Assembly: GCA_963719495.1 (NCBI GenBank)
Contig: CAVRCI010000011.1
Coordinates: 1-64,000 of the forward strand
Direction: 5' to 3'
DNA: 64,000 nucleotides
DNA from: an uncultured Verrucomicrobiae bacterium
Lineage (GTDB): Bacteria; Verrucomicrobiota; Verrucomicrobiia; Chthoniobacterales; JAATET01
Shown here: positions 1 through 9,816 of the stretch, piece by piece
Layout: each line of letters opens with the position of its first letter
How positions within the stretch are numbered: position 1 is the stretch's first letter
The notes under the pieces: model-generated
What the model was told of the DNA's origin: nothing
Seen by the model: only the letters and a program-made list of their open reading frames with translations
Databases searched by the model: none
Position numbers and translations under genes: made by a program

Positions 1-2067
1 AAATGGGAAAAATGGTACGCAAAAAGCCAGAAGTTTCCTACTGCGATACCTTCTGGTGGCAATACTAATTTTCAAATAGTTATTTTTGACACACCGATTA
101 CTGGATTTGTTGGGACTGTGAATCTGACAGTTAAGGTTTCTTCGGTACAGTTAAGACAAGAACGTCGGTTACTGCTACGATTAAATATTCAAAGTAATAA
201 TCAACCCAATTCTTTAGACTTACAATTACCAGTCCAACAGTTTCATGTAGACGCAAGTAATCCTGTAGATATACCAGTAAATGTGAGTAATAATGGTCAA
301 CAATCTACAGAAGTAACGCTTTCATTTGTTATCGATGAGCGTTGGTTAATTAGCAATTCTCAACAGCACTTTTCTTTGTCAGCTGGTTGTCAAAAACAAG
401 TAATATTCCAATGTATTGCACCATCAGCAAACAAAGCACCGAGTAAAAACTATCCTTTTAAAGTAGAAGCTGTTGGTAGTAATAGTTATCCTAGCAACGT
501 TGAAGGTAATATTGAAATATCACCATTTGGTTTCGTCGAATTCGATATTCCCCATCCACAACAAACAATTCCAGCAAAACGTCAATGGTTAATTAATTGG
601 AAATCTGATACGGCACCTTTTGAATTAAACTTTAAAAATATCAGTAATTTAATTCAGCAAATCAATATTCAACTCCAGGGTAAAGATGCGAGTAAATGTA
701 GTTTCCAGCAAATTCCTGAGAATGCGAATCTTGATGTGGGAAAAACAAATCAAATTACTTTAGATATCAAAACAAAACGTCATTGGGTAGGAATCAGAAA
801 AAAACTACAGCTTGAAGCTAAAGCAGAATTATCCGAGCAGCGTTTGGGTAGTACTACAGAACCAGCAACAAAAAATTTAGAACTGAAAGTTTTACCAATT
901 ATACCTCTGTGGTTGCAGTTAACAGTTCTTGCTCTCATTGTTGGAATATTATCATTACCGAAACCAGATTCAGTAATGCATACACAAAGCGTTAACTCGG
1001 TTGACTTAAATGGCGTAGGAAATATAGCAATTAGTGGATTTAATGATTGTACGCTCAGACGTTGGGAAGTTCGCGATCGCAAATTAAAACCGGAAATCCT
1101 GACGACAGAAAACAACACTACAGCTTGTGGAAATAGTCATCAGAAAAAAGGTTTATTAAGTATTTTCGATATTGGTGCAAAAGTTGTACGCTTTATTCCG
1201 AAGGATAATAACATTGTTGCAGTTGGTTTAGATAAAGGATTAATTCAACTTAGGGATGTCAATTCCGGTAAAGTTATCACCGAATTAAGAGATTCAGAAG
1301 GAAATGACCAAATATTTGATTTAGAATTTACTCCCGATTCAGATTTCCTATTTAGTGGTCATGGTAGTGGTAAAGTATGGTTTTGGTCGATAAATCTCCT
1401 GATGCTGCAACCAGTGCGAGCGCCACAAAAAATTCTCAATCTGAGCGACAAATTAAAACGAATATTTGAAATTAAAGCCCTAAAGTTTATTCGTACTCCA
1501 ACTAATCGGGGAACTTTAGTTATTGCTGGTAACGATTCAACTTTTATTTTATTACCTTGGAATCCAAATGAGCTTGAGACAGAATTTCAACAGATATATA
1601 TACAACAAAAAAGCGGTGAATCAAATGATATTCGAGCATTAGCTGCTCTAACTTCTCAAAATATCTTAGCTACTGGCGATTCTGCTGGATATATTACTAC
1701 TTGGAATTTAGATGAATGTCTTAAGGAATTAAGCAATAATTTTACTCAAAAGCAGCAAATAAATCAATTAAATTGTTCCTTAATTAGCCGTTGGAAAGCT
1801 TCAGAAGTCGCTGGTGTAAATAGTTTGGGATTTAGTGAAAATGGGCGTTTATTAGTCAGCGGTGGTGGGGATGGAAGAGTTATGGTTTGGAAATTAGATG
1901 ATAAATATAAGCTCGACGAGACCGAGAAAGGTGAAAATATTTATGAAAATTCCAAAGCTATTAACAGTATTGATTTAGAAACAAATACTCAAGGTAATTT
2001 AATAGTATTAATTGGAGGTGAAGATAAACAAGTAAAAATACACCGCGTTATTATCAAGCCAAAATAA
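1..2067 (+). CDS. WD40-repeat protein with N-terminal Ig-like (COG1470-type) domains and one TM helix; 5'-partial, cyanobacterial-like
   Basis: Frame is open from base 1 (the track start at 118 is an internal GTG). Hydrophobic segment IIPLWLQLTVLALIVGILSL, then WD repeats (SGHGSGKVWFW, TGDSAGYITTW, SGGGDGRVMVW). HIP1 octamer GCGATCGC at 1073-1080. Confidence 0.8.
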   Translation, partial: KWEKWYAKSQKFPTAIPSGGNTNFQIVIFDTPITGFVGTVNLTVKVSSVQLRQERRLLLRLNIQSNNQPNSLDLQLPVQQFHVDASNPVDIPVNVSNNGQQSTEVTLSFVIDERWLISNSQQHFSLSAGCQKQVIFQCIAPSANKAPSKNYPFKVEAVGSNSYPSNVEGNIEISPFGFVEFDIPHPQQTIPAKRQWLINWKSDTAPFELNFKNISNLIQQINIQLQGKDASKCSFQQIPENANLDVGKTNQITLDIKTKRHWVGIRKKLQLEAKAELSEQRLGSTTEPATKNLELKVLPIIPLWLQLTVLALIVGILSLPKPDSVMHTQSVNSVDLNGVGNIAISGFNDCTLRRWEVRDRKLKPEILTTENNTTACGNSHQKKGLLSIFDIGAKVVRFIPKDNNIVAVGLDKGLIQLRDVNSGKVITELRDSEGNDQIFDLEFTPDSDFLFSGHGSGKVWFWSINLLMLQPVRAPQKILNLSDKLKRIFEIKALKFIRTPTNRGTLVIAGNDSTFILLPWNPNELETEFQQIYIQQKSGESNDIRALAALTSQNILATGDSAGYITTWNLDECLKELSNNFTQKQQINQLNCSLISRWKASEVAGVNSLGFSENGRLLVSGGGDGRVMVWKLDDKYKLDETEKGENIYENSKAINSIDLETNTQGNLIVLIGGEDKQVKIHRVIIKPK

Positions 2068-2125
2068 ATAATCAAGTCAGAATAATTCAATCCAAATAAA
2101 TCAAAAAAGAGTGAGTATTTAATAT

Positions 2126-4424
2126 ATGTATATTCCAAATCAAAACCCTTTAAGTATAAATATAAATCCTCCTGGACTTCAATCTGGGATGCCGGGTGAT
2201 ACCATAAAAATTACCGCACGTTGTAGTTACTAATAATGGAGAAAAAGATGCTGTAATTAATCTTTTCTTGAATATAGATGAAGAATTAACGCAATTAATC
2301 GGTTGGTCTAATTCTCCACGGGAGAGCATTAGTCTTAGTTCCAATCAAAGTAGTAATGAAATAACCTTTGAATTACCGATTCCTGTTCATGCTTCCCCTG
2401 GAACTTATGACTACACCTTAGTTATAGATGCACCAGAACATTATCCCCAGCATACTCCTATAAATTGCCCATCTCAAATAAAGATTTTATTTAAAGAACA
2501 AACCAAAATTGGTTTAAATGACCCGACTTTTTATTAAACCTAGTACAAATCCCAACAAACCACTGATTTTTAAACCAGGTGAACCCTTACAATTAGAAGT
2601 ACAGGTTAACAACAATTCCGACCGTGTAGACCGTTTTCGCTTGAATTGTCCGGATTTAGACGAAAACTGGTTTACCATAAATTACCCCAAAACGGGATTG
2701 GAAAGTTCGGGATTAACGGAAGTTAATGCATTAGAACTTAATAATAAATCCCAGTCCACAATTTTATTGCAGCTACATCCACCAATAGATGCACTTGAAG
2801 GAAACTACAATCCTGCAATTCGCTTACATTCGGAGAATCATCCAGATTTAGTTTTACTTGATTTAGTTTACACCCGAATTTCCCCAAATTATCGTTTAGA
2901 TATCGAATTAAAAACTATTTTAGGACAAGTTAGTTATCGTCCAGGTCAATATATATTATCAATTATTAATCAAGGTAATTTGATCCGAGAACTGATATTT
3001 CATGCTAAAAGTCGCGATGAAGATGAAATATGCAAATATAATTTTGACCCTACAGAAGTAAAATTATTACCATTAGGAGAAACAGAAGTTAATTTAAAAG
3101 TAAAACCTAGAGGTTGGTGGGAAAATACTTTCGGCTTGGTGGGGGAAGAACTATTAACTTTCAAGTTGACCTAGAAGACAAACAAAATTATCCCCTAGCA
3201 GATAGACAAAATCAAGCAACTTTAATCTGGAAATCTCGTCCAATATGGCAGTTTTTATTATTACTTTTATTGGCTTTAGGCTTCTTTGGAGTAATTGCAT
3301 TTGTTATTTGGCGATTATTAAATCCCGAACCTTTAAAAATTCAGAGATTTACTGCAAATAACTTAGAGATTATAGAAGGTGGTGAAGTACGTTTAAACTG
3401 GGAAATCAGCAACTATAAACAATTGCAAAAACTAGATTTAAATGTAAAAGAACCTGATATAGAAAAATATAATTATCTCAAAGATAAAGGGCTAGAATCA
3501 ATTTGTAATACAAATCAAAATACTTTAAAATGTACAAATATTAATATGGGTAAAAAAGGTATTATAGGAAAATATACCTTTGATTTGCAAGCACAGTACA
3601 GTAAAGGTGTCTTACCGTTTTCAAGAAAATATACTCAACAAGAGAAAGAATCAATAGAAGTTATAGTTAAAGAAAAGCCAATTGCAGAAGTTTTGAATTT
3701 TGGAGCTATTAATAAAAAGTATACTAAAGGTGAAAATATATTATTTAACTGGAAAATCCAAAATCCTACTCTACTCAAAACATTAGAAATATCCGGAAAA
3801 ACAGGAGATGGTAAAGTATTAAAACCAATCCAGTTTAGTCTCAAAGACATTGAAGGAAATTGCGAACAAGTTAAAAACGAACAGGCTTTAGAATGTAAAG
3901 GTATTCCCGTACTGCATCAAGAGTTGGGCACTTTTACTTATACACTAACTGCTTTCAGTAATGGGATTCAAAGAAATAGTTCTAAAGAAGCTGGAAATGC
4001 TGTAGAAGTATCACCTCAACAATTTAGTATTAAAACATTCACTATTAACGGCAGCAGGGGACCAAATATAGAAGTTGAAGAAGGAGAAACTATTAATTTG
4101 GTTTGGGATGTACGCGGAGACAGCAAAGAAATCAAAGTTAATATTATAGGTTTACAAAGTAATCTTCAAAAAAGTGGAAAAGGGTCATTTCCAATTTACA
4201 AAGATACTCAATATAAGCTAGAAGTAATTGATACAAATGGTAAATTAGAACCTGAATTTAAAGAAATTAACGTTAGAGTCAAACCAAAACCAAAACCTAC
4301 TCCTACAATTTTCATTCCAGCACCAGGTTCTACACCTAATAATTCAATAAATAATAATTCTACACCCGCAACTACTTCTAGAAGAGGTAGAAATACAGCA
4401 ATTCCATTTCCAAATATTGAATAA
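2126..4424 (+). pseudogene. Ig-like/COG1470-type bitopic membrane protein split by three frameshifts (probably one intact gene with sequencing indels)
   Basis: ATG at 2126. Coding-like frames hand over near 2205-2215, 2527 and 3120, at or beside homopolymer runs (ORFs 2268-2537, 2518-3174, 3114-4424). TM helix WQFLLLLLLALGFFGVIAFVIW and a Pro-rich tail. Confidence 0.65.
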
Positions 4425-4640
4425 GTGAATAAATTTATATCTGCTCGTAGTTGTAGATATCCAGCTAATAACCTGATGATTTCAATCGGGTTACTGATTG
4501 TAAAAAATATGCGAACCATTCCTGTATTGTCTATTAAGTTAATATGTCTTCTAAAACAGTAAATAGATTTTTGTGTTATTATCAATACCATATAAATACT
4601 AGTAAATACTTGTTACTATTAGAATTATTGCGAGCTAAAA

Positions 4641-5204
4641 ATGTATCGTTTATTATTGTTAAAACATTTAGGAATAGTAACATTACTATTCCCATTATTT
4701 TTTGTCATCCCAACCGATAAAAGCACGTCTACAACGGTCGCGGACAAATAGAGTGTATGGCTACAACAAAAGTAAAATCAAAAATATTCTTGCTCAAAAT
4801 AAAGCCACAACTACGCGCCAGAACGAACGGCATTAATTATTGGTAATGCTGAATATAAAGAAGTTGGCAGACTCAAAAATCCGATAAACGATGCGAATGA
4901 TATAGCAAAAAGTTTAAAAGATTTGGGGTTTGAGGTCACTTTGCTAACAGATGCATCATTACAGAAAATGGAACAAGCAATTGAAAACTATAATCGTCAA
5001 TTGCGCCAGGGGGGAGTGGGATTATTTTTCTTTTGCGGAGGATGGGGTACAAGCCGAAGGAGAAAATTATTTAGTCCCAGTTGAAGCAAAACTCGAACGG
5101 GGGCAAGATGTCCGTTATGAAGCATATCCCGTCGGAAAATTGCTTGGTGCAATTGAAGATGCCCGTAATAAAGCTAATATCATCATTTTAGATGCTTGTC
5201 GTAC
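4641..5204 (+). pseudogene. Caspase-like peptidase C14 (orthocaspase type), frameshifted and 3'-truncated at the AT/GC junction
   Basis: Manual translation gives RTALIIGNAEY..LKNPINDA..LGFEV..GVGLFF..GVQAEGENYLVP..NIIILDACR. The His-motif region (~5030-5045) is frameshifted or corrupted. Hydrophobic N-terminus from ATG 4641. Confidence 0.8.
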
Positions 5205-6305
5205 CTGCACGCGGAGCTTTTTCCCGACGTTTATCCCGAGAACGGTGGCGCGCCCTGGGACCGGGTCCCGACCTACGACGAGGTCGAGTTGGCCCGCCGC
5301 TACCGCGAGCTTCTCGCGGCGGAACGGAATCTCGCGGTGCTCACGAATGCCGCCGTGACTGCGGTCGAGCGTTCCGGGTCGCGCGTGGCGGCGGTGGAAT
5401 TGGCTGACGGGCGGCGCGTTCACGCGGCGGTCTTCGTGGACTCGACGGCCGACGGCAACCTCTCCGCGCTGGCTGGTGCGGAGACCGAGCTGGGGCGGGA
5501 GGTCGACGGGCAAATGCAGCCGGCGACGTTTACTTTCAAGGTCTCCGGCGTGGATCTCGACCGACTCGCCGATCCCGACATCGGTTCGTGGGCGGGCATT
5601 CGGTCCCTGCGCGCCGAGCTGTTGCCGCTTTACCTCGACCTCAAGCGGAGCGGCGGGACGACAAACCCGCGCGACAACGTGCTGTGCTTCCCGTATCCCA
5701 ACGGGCGGGCGCTGCTTTTCAATCAAACGCGCGTATTGGGGGCCGATCCGACGAACGCGGCTTCGATGGAGGCCGCGCTGGCCGAGGGTCGGCGGCAGGC
5801 GACCGAGTTCTTCGAATCGATCCGCCACCACCCCGCCTTTGCGAACGCGACGATGGACTTCGTCGCGACGCGGATGGGCGTGCGCGAAGGCCGCCGCGTG
5901 ATTGGCGATTACGTGCTCACGGCGGAGGATTGTCTGTCGGCCCGGAAATTTCCCGACATGGTCGCGGCCTGCGCCTACCACCTGGACATTCACGATCCGG
6001 CTGGAGCCGGGACGCGGATGGAACACATCGCGCCGCCGGGGTATTTTCACGTTCCTTACCGGAGCCTGCGAGCGCGGGGGTTCGACAATCTGCTCCTCGG
6101 GTCGCGCTGCATCAGCGGCAGCCACGAGGCGCACTCCGCTTATCGTGTGATGGCCCCGCTGAGCGCGATTGGTCAGGCGGCGGGCGTCGCGGCGGCGCTT
6201 GCGGCGACCCGGGCGGCGGGCGATTCCCGAGGAATCGAAGCCCGCGAAATCCGCGACGTGCTCCGGGAGCAGCGGCAATTCGTCGAGTCGGAGGCGGGCC
6301 GTTGA
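5196..6305 (+). CDS. FAD-dependent oxidoreductase (FAD_oxidored family), 5'-truncated
   Basis: Motifs FVDSTADGNL, GVREGRRVIG, VPYRSL, GSRCISGSHEAHSAYRVM. The N-terminal GxGxxG is missing because the gene starts at the junction. Confidence 0.85.
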   Translation: MSYLHAELFPDVYPENGGAPWDRVPTYDEVELARRYRELLAAERNLAVLTNAAVTAVERSGSRVAAVELADGRRVHAAVFVDSTADGNLSALAGAETELGREVDGQMQPATFTFKVSGVDLDRLADPDIGSWAGIRSLRAELLPLYLDLKRSGGTTNPRDNVLCFPYPNGRALLFNQTRVLGADPTNAASMEAALAEGRRQATEFFESIRHHPAFANATMDFVATRMGVREGRRVIGDYVLTAEDCLSARKFPDMVAACAYHLDIHDPAGAGTRMEHIAPPGYFHVPYRSLRARGFDNLLLGSRCISGSHEAHSAYRVMAPLSAIGQAAGVAAALAATRAAGDSRGIEAREIRDVLREQRQFVESEAGR

Positions 6306-7468
6306 GGCCGCCCGCCATCCTCGTCCGGTCCTCCTGGCAGACGCTCAACATCGGCGACATCGGGCATTCCCCGGGATTACTCGCCCTGCTCGAGCGCCAT
6401 CTGCCGGAGGCGAAGATCCGCCTGTGGCCGAGCGACGTGAGCCACGGGGTCGAGGCGACGCTCCGCCGCCGTTTTCCCGACGTGCCAATCGTGCAAACCG
6501 AGGCGGAAATCTCCGCCGCGCTCGCGGAATGCGACTTCCTGCTGCACGGCTCCGGTCCGTATCTGGTGGGGGAGGATGCGGTTGCGCGGTGGCGGGCGGA
6601 GACGGGAAAACCCTACGGCGTCTACGGGATCACGCTGCCATCCGTGCGGCTGACCGATCCCGTGAAGCAACTGCTGGACGCGGCGCGGTTCGTGTATTTC
6701 CGCGACACGGTGTCGCTGGAGTTAGCCCGCGAACGCGGCGTGGCGTGTCCGGTGATGGGATTCACGCCCGACGCGGCTTTCGCCGTGGATTTGGTGGACG
6801 ACGGCGAGGCGGAGCGTTTTCTCCGCGCGAACGAACTGGAGGATGGAAAATTTCTCTGCTGCATCGCCCGCTACCGGAATACGCCGCACTGGATGATCCC
6901 GGAGAAAAATCGTGGTCCCGATCTCGTGAAGGAAGCTCGCAACAACGCCCTCAAGGAGCAGGATCACGCGCCGCTCCGCGACGCGATCCGCGGAATCGTG
7001 CGGTCGACGAATCTGAAGATTCTGCTCTGCCCGGAGGATCGCACCCAGATGGAAGCCGCCCGCGAAATGCTCTACGAACCCCTGACCCCGGACGTGCGCG
7101 AGCGGGTCGTCTGGCGGGAGGACTACTGGCTCACGGACGAAGCCCTCTCGACCTACCGCCGGAGTGCGGGGATCTTCGGGAACGAAATGCACAGCCCGAT
7201 CATGGCCGTCGGACACGGGGTCCCCGCAATCGTCGCGCGCTGGGAGGAGCAGACCAGCAAGGGCTTCATGTGGCGGGACATCGGTCTGGGCGATTGGCTC
7301 TTCGACTTCGACCGGGCGGCGGACCGGGATCGCTTCGCCGCGTTCGTGATCGATTGGGCGCAAAATCTGCCGGCGGCCCGGGTCGCCACCGGCCACGCGC
7401 GGGACTTCGTCGCGGAACGCCACCGCGAGACGATGACCGGGCTGCGCCGCGAGGTTGGGTTGCCGTGA
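6302..7468 (+). CDS. Polysaccharide pyruvyl transferase family protein
   Basis: TTG at 6302 overlaps the upstream stop. Motifs SSWQTLNIGDIGH, HGSGP, FRDTVS, PDAAF, EMHSPI. Confidence 0.8.
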   Translation: MRPPAILVRSSWQTLNIGDIGHSPGLLALLERHLPEAKIRLWPSDVSHGVEATLRRRFPDVPIVQTEAEISAALAECDFLLHGSGPYLVGEDAVARWRAETGKPYGVYGITLPSVRLTDPVKQLLDAARFVYFRDTVSLELARERGVACPVMGFTPDAAFAVDLVDDGEAERFLRANELEDGKFLCCIARYRNTPHWMIPEKNRGPDLVKEARNNALKEQDHAPLRDAIRGIVRSTNLKILLCPEDRTQMEAAREMLYEPLTPDVRERVVWREDYWLTDEALSTYRRSAGIFGNEMHSPIMAVGHGVPAIVARWEEQTSKGFMWRDIGLGDWLFDFDRAADRDRFAAFVIDWAQNLPAARVATGHARDFVAERHRETMTGLRREVGLP

Positions 7469-7482
7469 GGACGGTTGCTGGC

Positions 7483-8580
7483 TCAGGCGGACTTGCGCTT
7501 GGATTTGGCGCGCGTCCGTTTTTTCTCGGGAGCGAACGTGTCGAGGTCGAGCCACCGACCTTTCACGAGCGCCATTCGGGGGTGGGAGGGGACGCCGGTT
7601 TCGCGCATGTGAAGCTGACCGACGACGAGATCCACGGCGGAGACGCCGACCTCTTCCGCCATCTGGTCGATCCCGGAAAACCACGTGTCGGAGGCGCGCA
7701 TCTTGTAACGGCCCGCGAGTTCCGGGGCGGCGCAGTCCAGGCGCACGTGCCCGACGTCGCCCGGCACCTCGAGGCCGATGCCGCTCAACCACTCGAGAAT
7801 CGGGCATTCGTTGGAGATGATCACCTGGGGCGCGTGGCGGGCAAACCAGGCGGCAAAGTCCTGCTCGCGGATCCGCGGCTTCTTCAAAAGCGGCACGCGG
7901 TGCTGTCGCGGCAGATTTTGCTGATCCGCGAGGAACGCTCCCGTCCAAGCGTGGGCGACGCGGGAGTCGGTGCCATCGGTCTCGACGAAGCCGATCCTCG
8001 TCACCCCACGCTCACGAATTTTTTGCAGGGCCAATTCGAAATTGTCGGCGTGGGCGCTTTCGACGCGGTGGATGTCGGGGTCCTCGAGCGAGTGCCCGAT
8101 CGCCGCGATGGAGAAGGCCGACCATTCGAAATCGATCGTCGTCATGCCGTCGGGGAGCGGCGCCACGATGGCGGCCTCGACCCCGCGCGCCTGCAGGATG
8201 GACACGGCGCGCTTTCCGGTCATCCCCTCGGCCCGCAACCAGAAGGGTTCCAGCAGGTAGCCGAGGCTTTCGGCCCGGCGTTGCGCGCCGTCGAAAATGC
8301 GGAGGTTTTTGCGATAAGGATGCCAGCCCTCCTCGGTCGGCCACGCAGTCAGCCACGCGATGGTCGCCCGGTAGGGAGTCGATTGGTTGCCGCGGACGTG
8401 GGCCATCAATTTCGACACGTCGGGATCGGGCGCGTAACCGAGTTCGCGCGCGATTATTTGCACCCGGTCGATGGTGCTCTGGGGCATCCGCGGATGATTG
8501 CGCAGCGCGAACGAGACCGCCGCTCGGGACAATTTGGCTCGCTCCGCGATATCGCGCAGAGTCACTCGACGTTTGTTCAT
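7483..8580 (-). CDS. LacI-family transcriptional regulator (paralog 1)
   Basis: N-terminal HTH VTLRDIAERAKLSRAAVSFALRN, followed by a periplasmic-binding-protein-like domain. Confidence 0.92.
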   Translation of the reverse strand: MNKRRVTLRDIAERAKLSRAAVSFALRNHPRMPQSTIDRVQIIARELGYAPDPDVSKLMAHVRGNQSTPYRATIAWLTAWPTEEGWHPYRKNLRIFDGAQRRAESLGYLLEPFWLRAEGMTGKRAVSILQARGVEAAIVAPLPDGMTTIDFEWSAFSIAAIGHSLEDPDIHRVESAHADNFELALQKIRERGVTRIGFVETDGTDSRVAHAWTGAFLADQQNLPRQHRVPLLKKPRIREQDFAAWFARHAPQVIISNECPILEWLSGIGLEVPGDVGHVRLDCAAPELAGRYKMRASDTWFSGIDQMAEEVGVSAVDLVVGQLHMRETGVPSHPRMALVKGRWLDLDTFAPEKKRTRAKSKRKSA

Positions 8581-8639
8581 GGGGCACCCGCACCCAACGC
8601 TCCGCCGGGAAATTTTTCAACCTCCAACCCGCCCGCTCG

Positions 8640-9752
8640 ATGATTTCGATTTCCCAATCCCCCCTTTTTCGAGCCCACGTTCATCCCGACACGGGCATCA
8701 CGAGCCACCTGCTCGACCAACGCGTCGCCCCGCAGCAGCAGACGTTCTATTACGTCAACGACGGCTCGTCCCGAGACCGGCGGTTCTTTTGGTTCTACTG
8801 CGCCTTCCCGCCGTCCGGCGACGCGAACGCGGGGCGCACGCTCGGGGTGATCGATTTCGTCGACGGCGACATCCGCCATTTTCCCGAGACTCAATTTTCC
8901 CACGCCTCACCGTGGGTCGACCCCCACACCGGCGAGGTCTTCTGGGGAACGGGGCGCGCGATCTGGAAACGCGGACCGCGCTCCAGTGACCGGGCCGAGA
9001 AGATCGGCGAAGTCCCGAAGGATCTCATCGGTTGGCGCGACGTCACCTGCACGGTCACGCACCTCTCGCGATCGGCGGACGGGCGGGAATTTTTCATCGA
9101 CCTGCGCACCCCGGCGAAGACCTACCTCGGCACGATGACCATTGCGACCGGGGCGTTCGATTGCTGGGCGGAACTCGACGGCACCTGGGACCACGCGCAG
9201 TTTCATCCGACCGATCCCGACCTCGTGCTTTTCTCGCAGGAAATCCACGTCGACCCGATCACCGGGCGGCGGATTTCGTGCGACGACCGCATGTGGACCC
9301 TGCGGCGCGGTGAAAGCCCGCGCCCCGTCCTGCCGACGCCGACCGTCTGCACGCACGAATGGTGGAGCGCCGACGGACGCGCGATCTACGCCATCGACGG
9401 CGACGGCACGTTCCGGGTCGATCTGGCGACCCGGCGGCGCGAACCCGTCTGGCCCGGCGCCACCTGGCACACGCACGCCAACTCCGACGACACGCTGCTC
9501 GTCGGGGACCGCCACGGGAAATTTTTTCGCGGCTGCGAATCGCGGGTGACGTTCAAAAATCTCCCCACCGGTCGCCAGATCGAGATCGCTCACAATCCCG
9601 AGCTGATCGGTGACGTCGGCTCGAAATATCACATCGACCCGCATCCCCGCTTCGTCCTCGGGGAAGAATTCGCCGCTTACACGACCACCGTGCGCGGTCA
9701 GCTCGACGTCGCGTTCACCGCCACCGCCGACCTGCTCGCCGCGACGGCTTAA
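8640..9752 (+). CDS. Oligogalacturonate lyase-like (PL22/Ogl-like) beta-propeller protein
   Basis: Motifs HAQFHPTDPDLVLFSQE, DRMW, THEWWSADG, HPRF resemble Ogl. Confidence 0.65.
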   Translation: MISISQSPLFRAHVHPDTGITSHLLDQRVAPQQQTFYYVNDGSSRDRRFFWFYCAFPPSGDANAGRTLGVIDFVDGDIRHFPETQFSHASPWVDPHTGEVFWGTGRAIWKRGPRSSDRAEKIGEVPKDLIGWRDVTCTVTHLSRSADGREFFIDLRTPAKTYLGTMTIATGAFDCWAELDGTWDHAQFHPTDPDLVLFSQEIHVDPITGRRISCDDRMWTLRRGESPRPVLPTPTVCTHEWWSADGRAIYAIDGDGTFRVDLATRRREPVWPGATWHTHANSDDTLLVGDRHGKFFRGCESRVTFKNLPTGRQIEIAHNPELIGDVGSKYHIDPHPRFVLGEEFAAYTTTVRGQLDVAFTATADLLAATA

Positions 9753-9761
9753 CGTAAAACC
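9746..9761. promoter_or_regulatory. Putative LacI-type operator, site 1 (GGCTTAACGTAAAACC)
   Basis: CG-centred imperfect palindrome upstream of the GH2 gene. TATCCT starts 40 bp after the central C. Confidence 0.65.
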
Positions 9762-9816
9762 CGCCTCGAATTGGGATCACTCGGTGTCCCGCTATCCTTT
9801 CCCACCCGCCACTCCC

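Noticed and set aside
4951..5358. Novel caspase fusion protein
   Set aside because: The ORF crosses the compositional junction, and its tail is an off-frame reading of the oxidoreductase gene.
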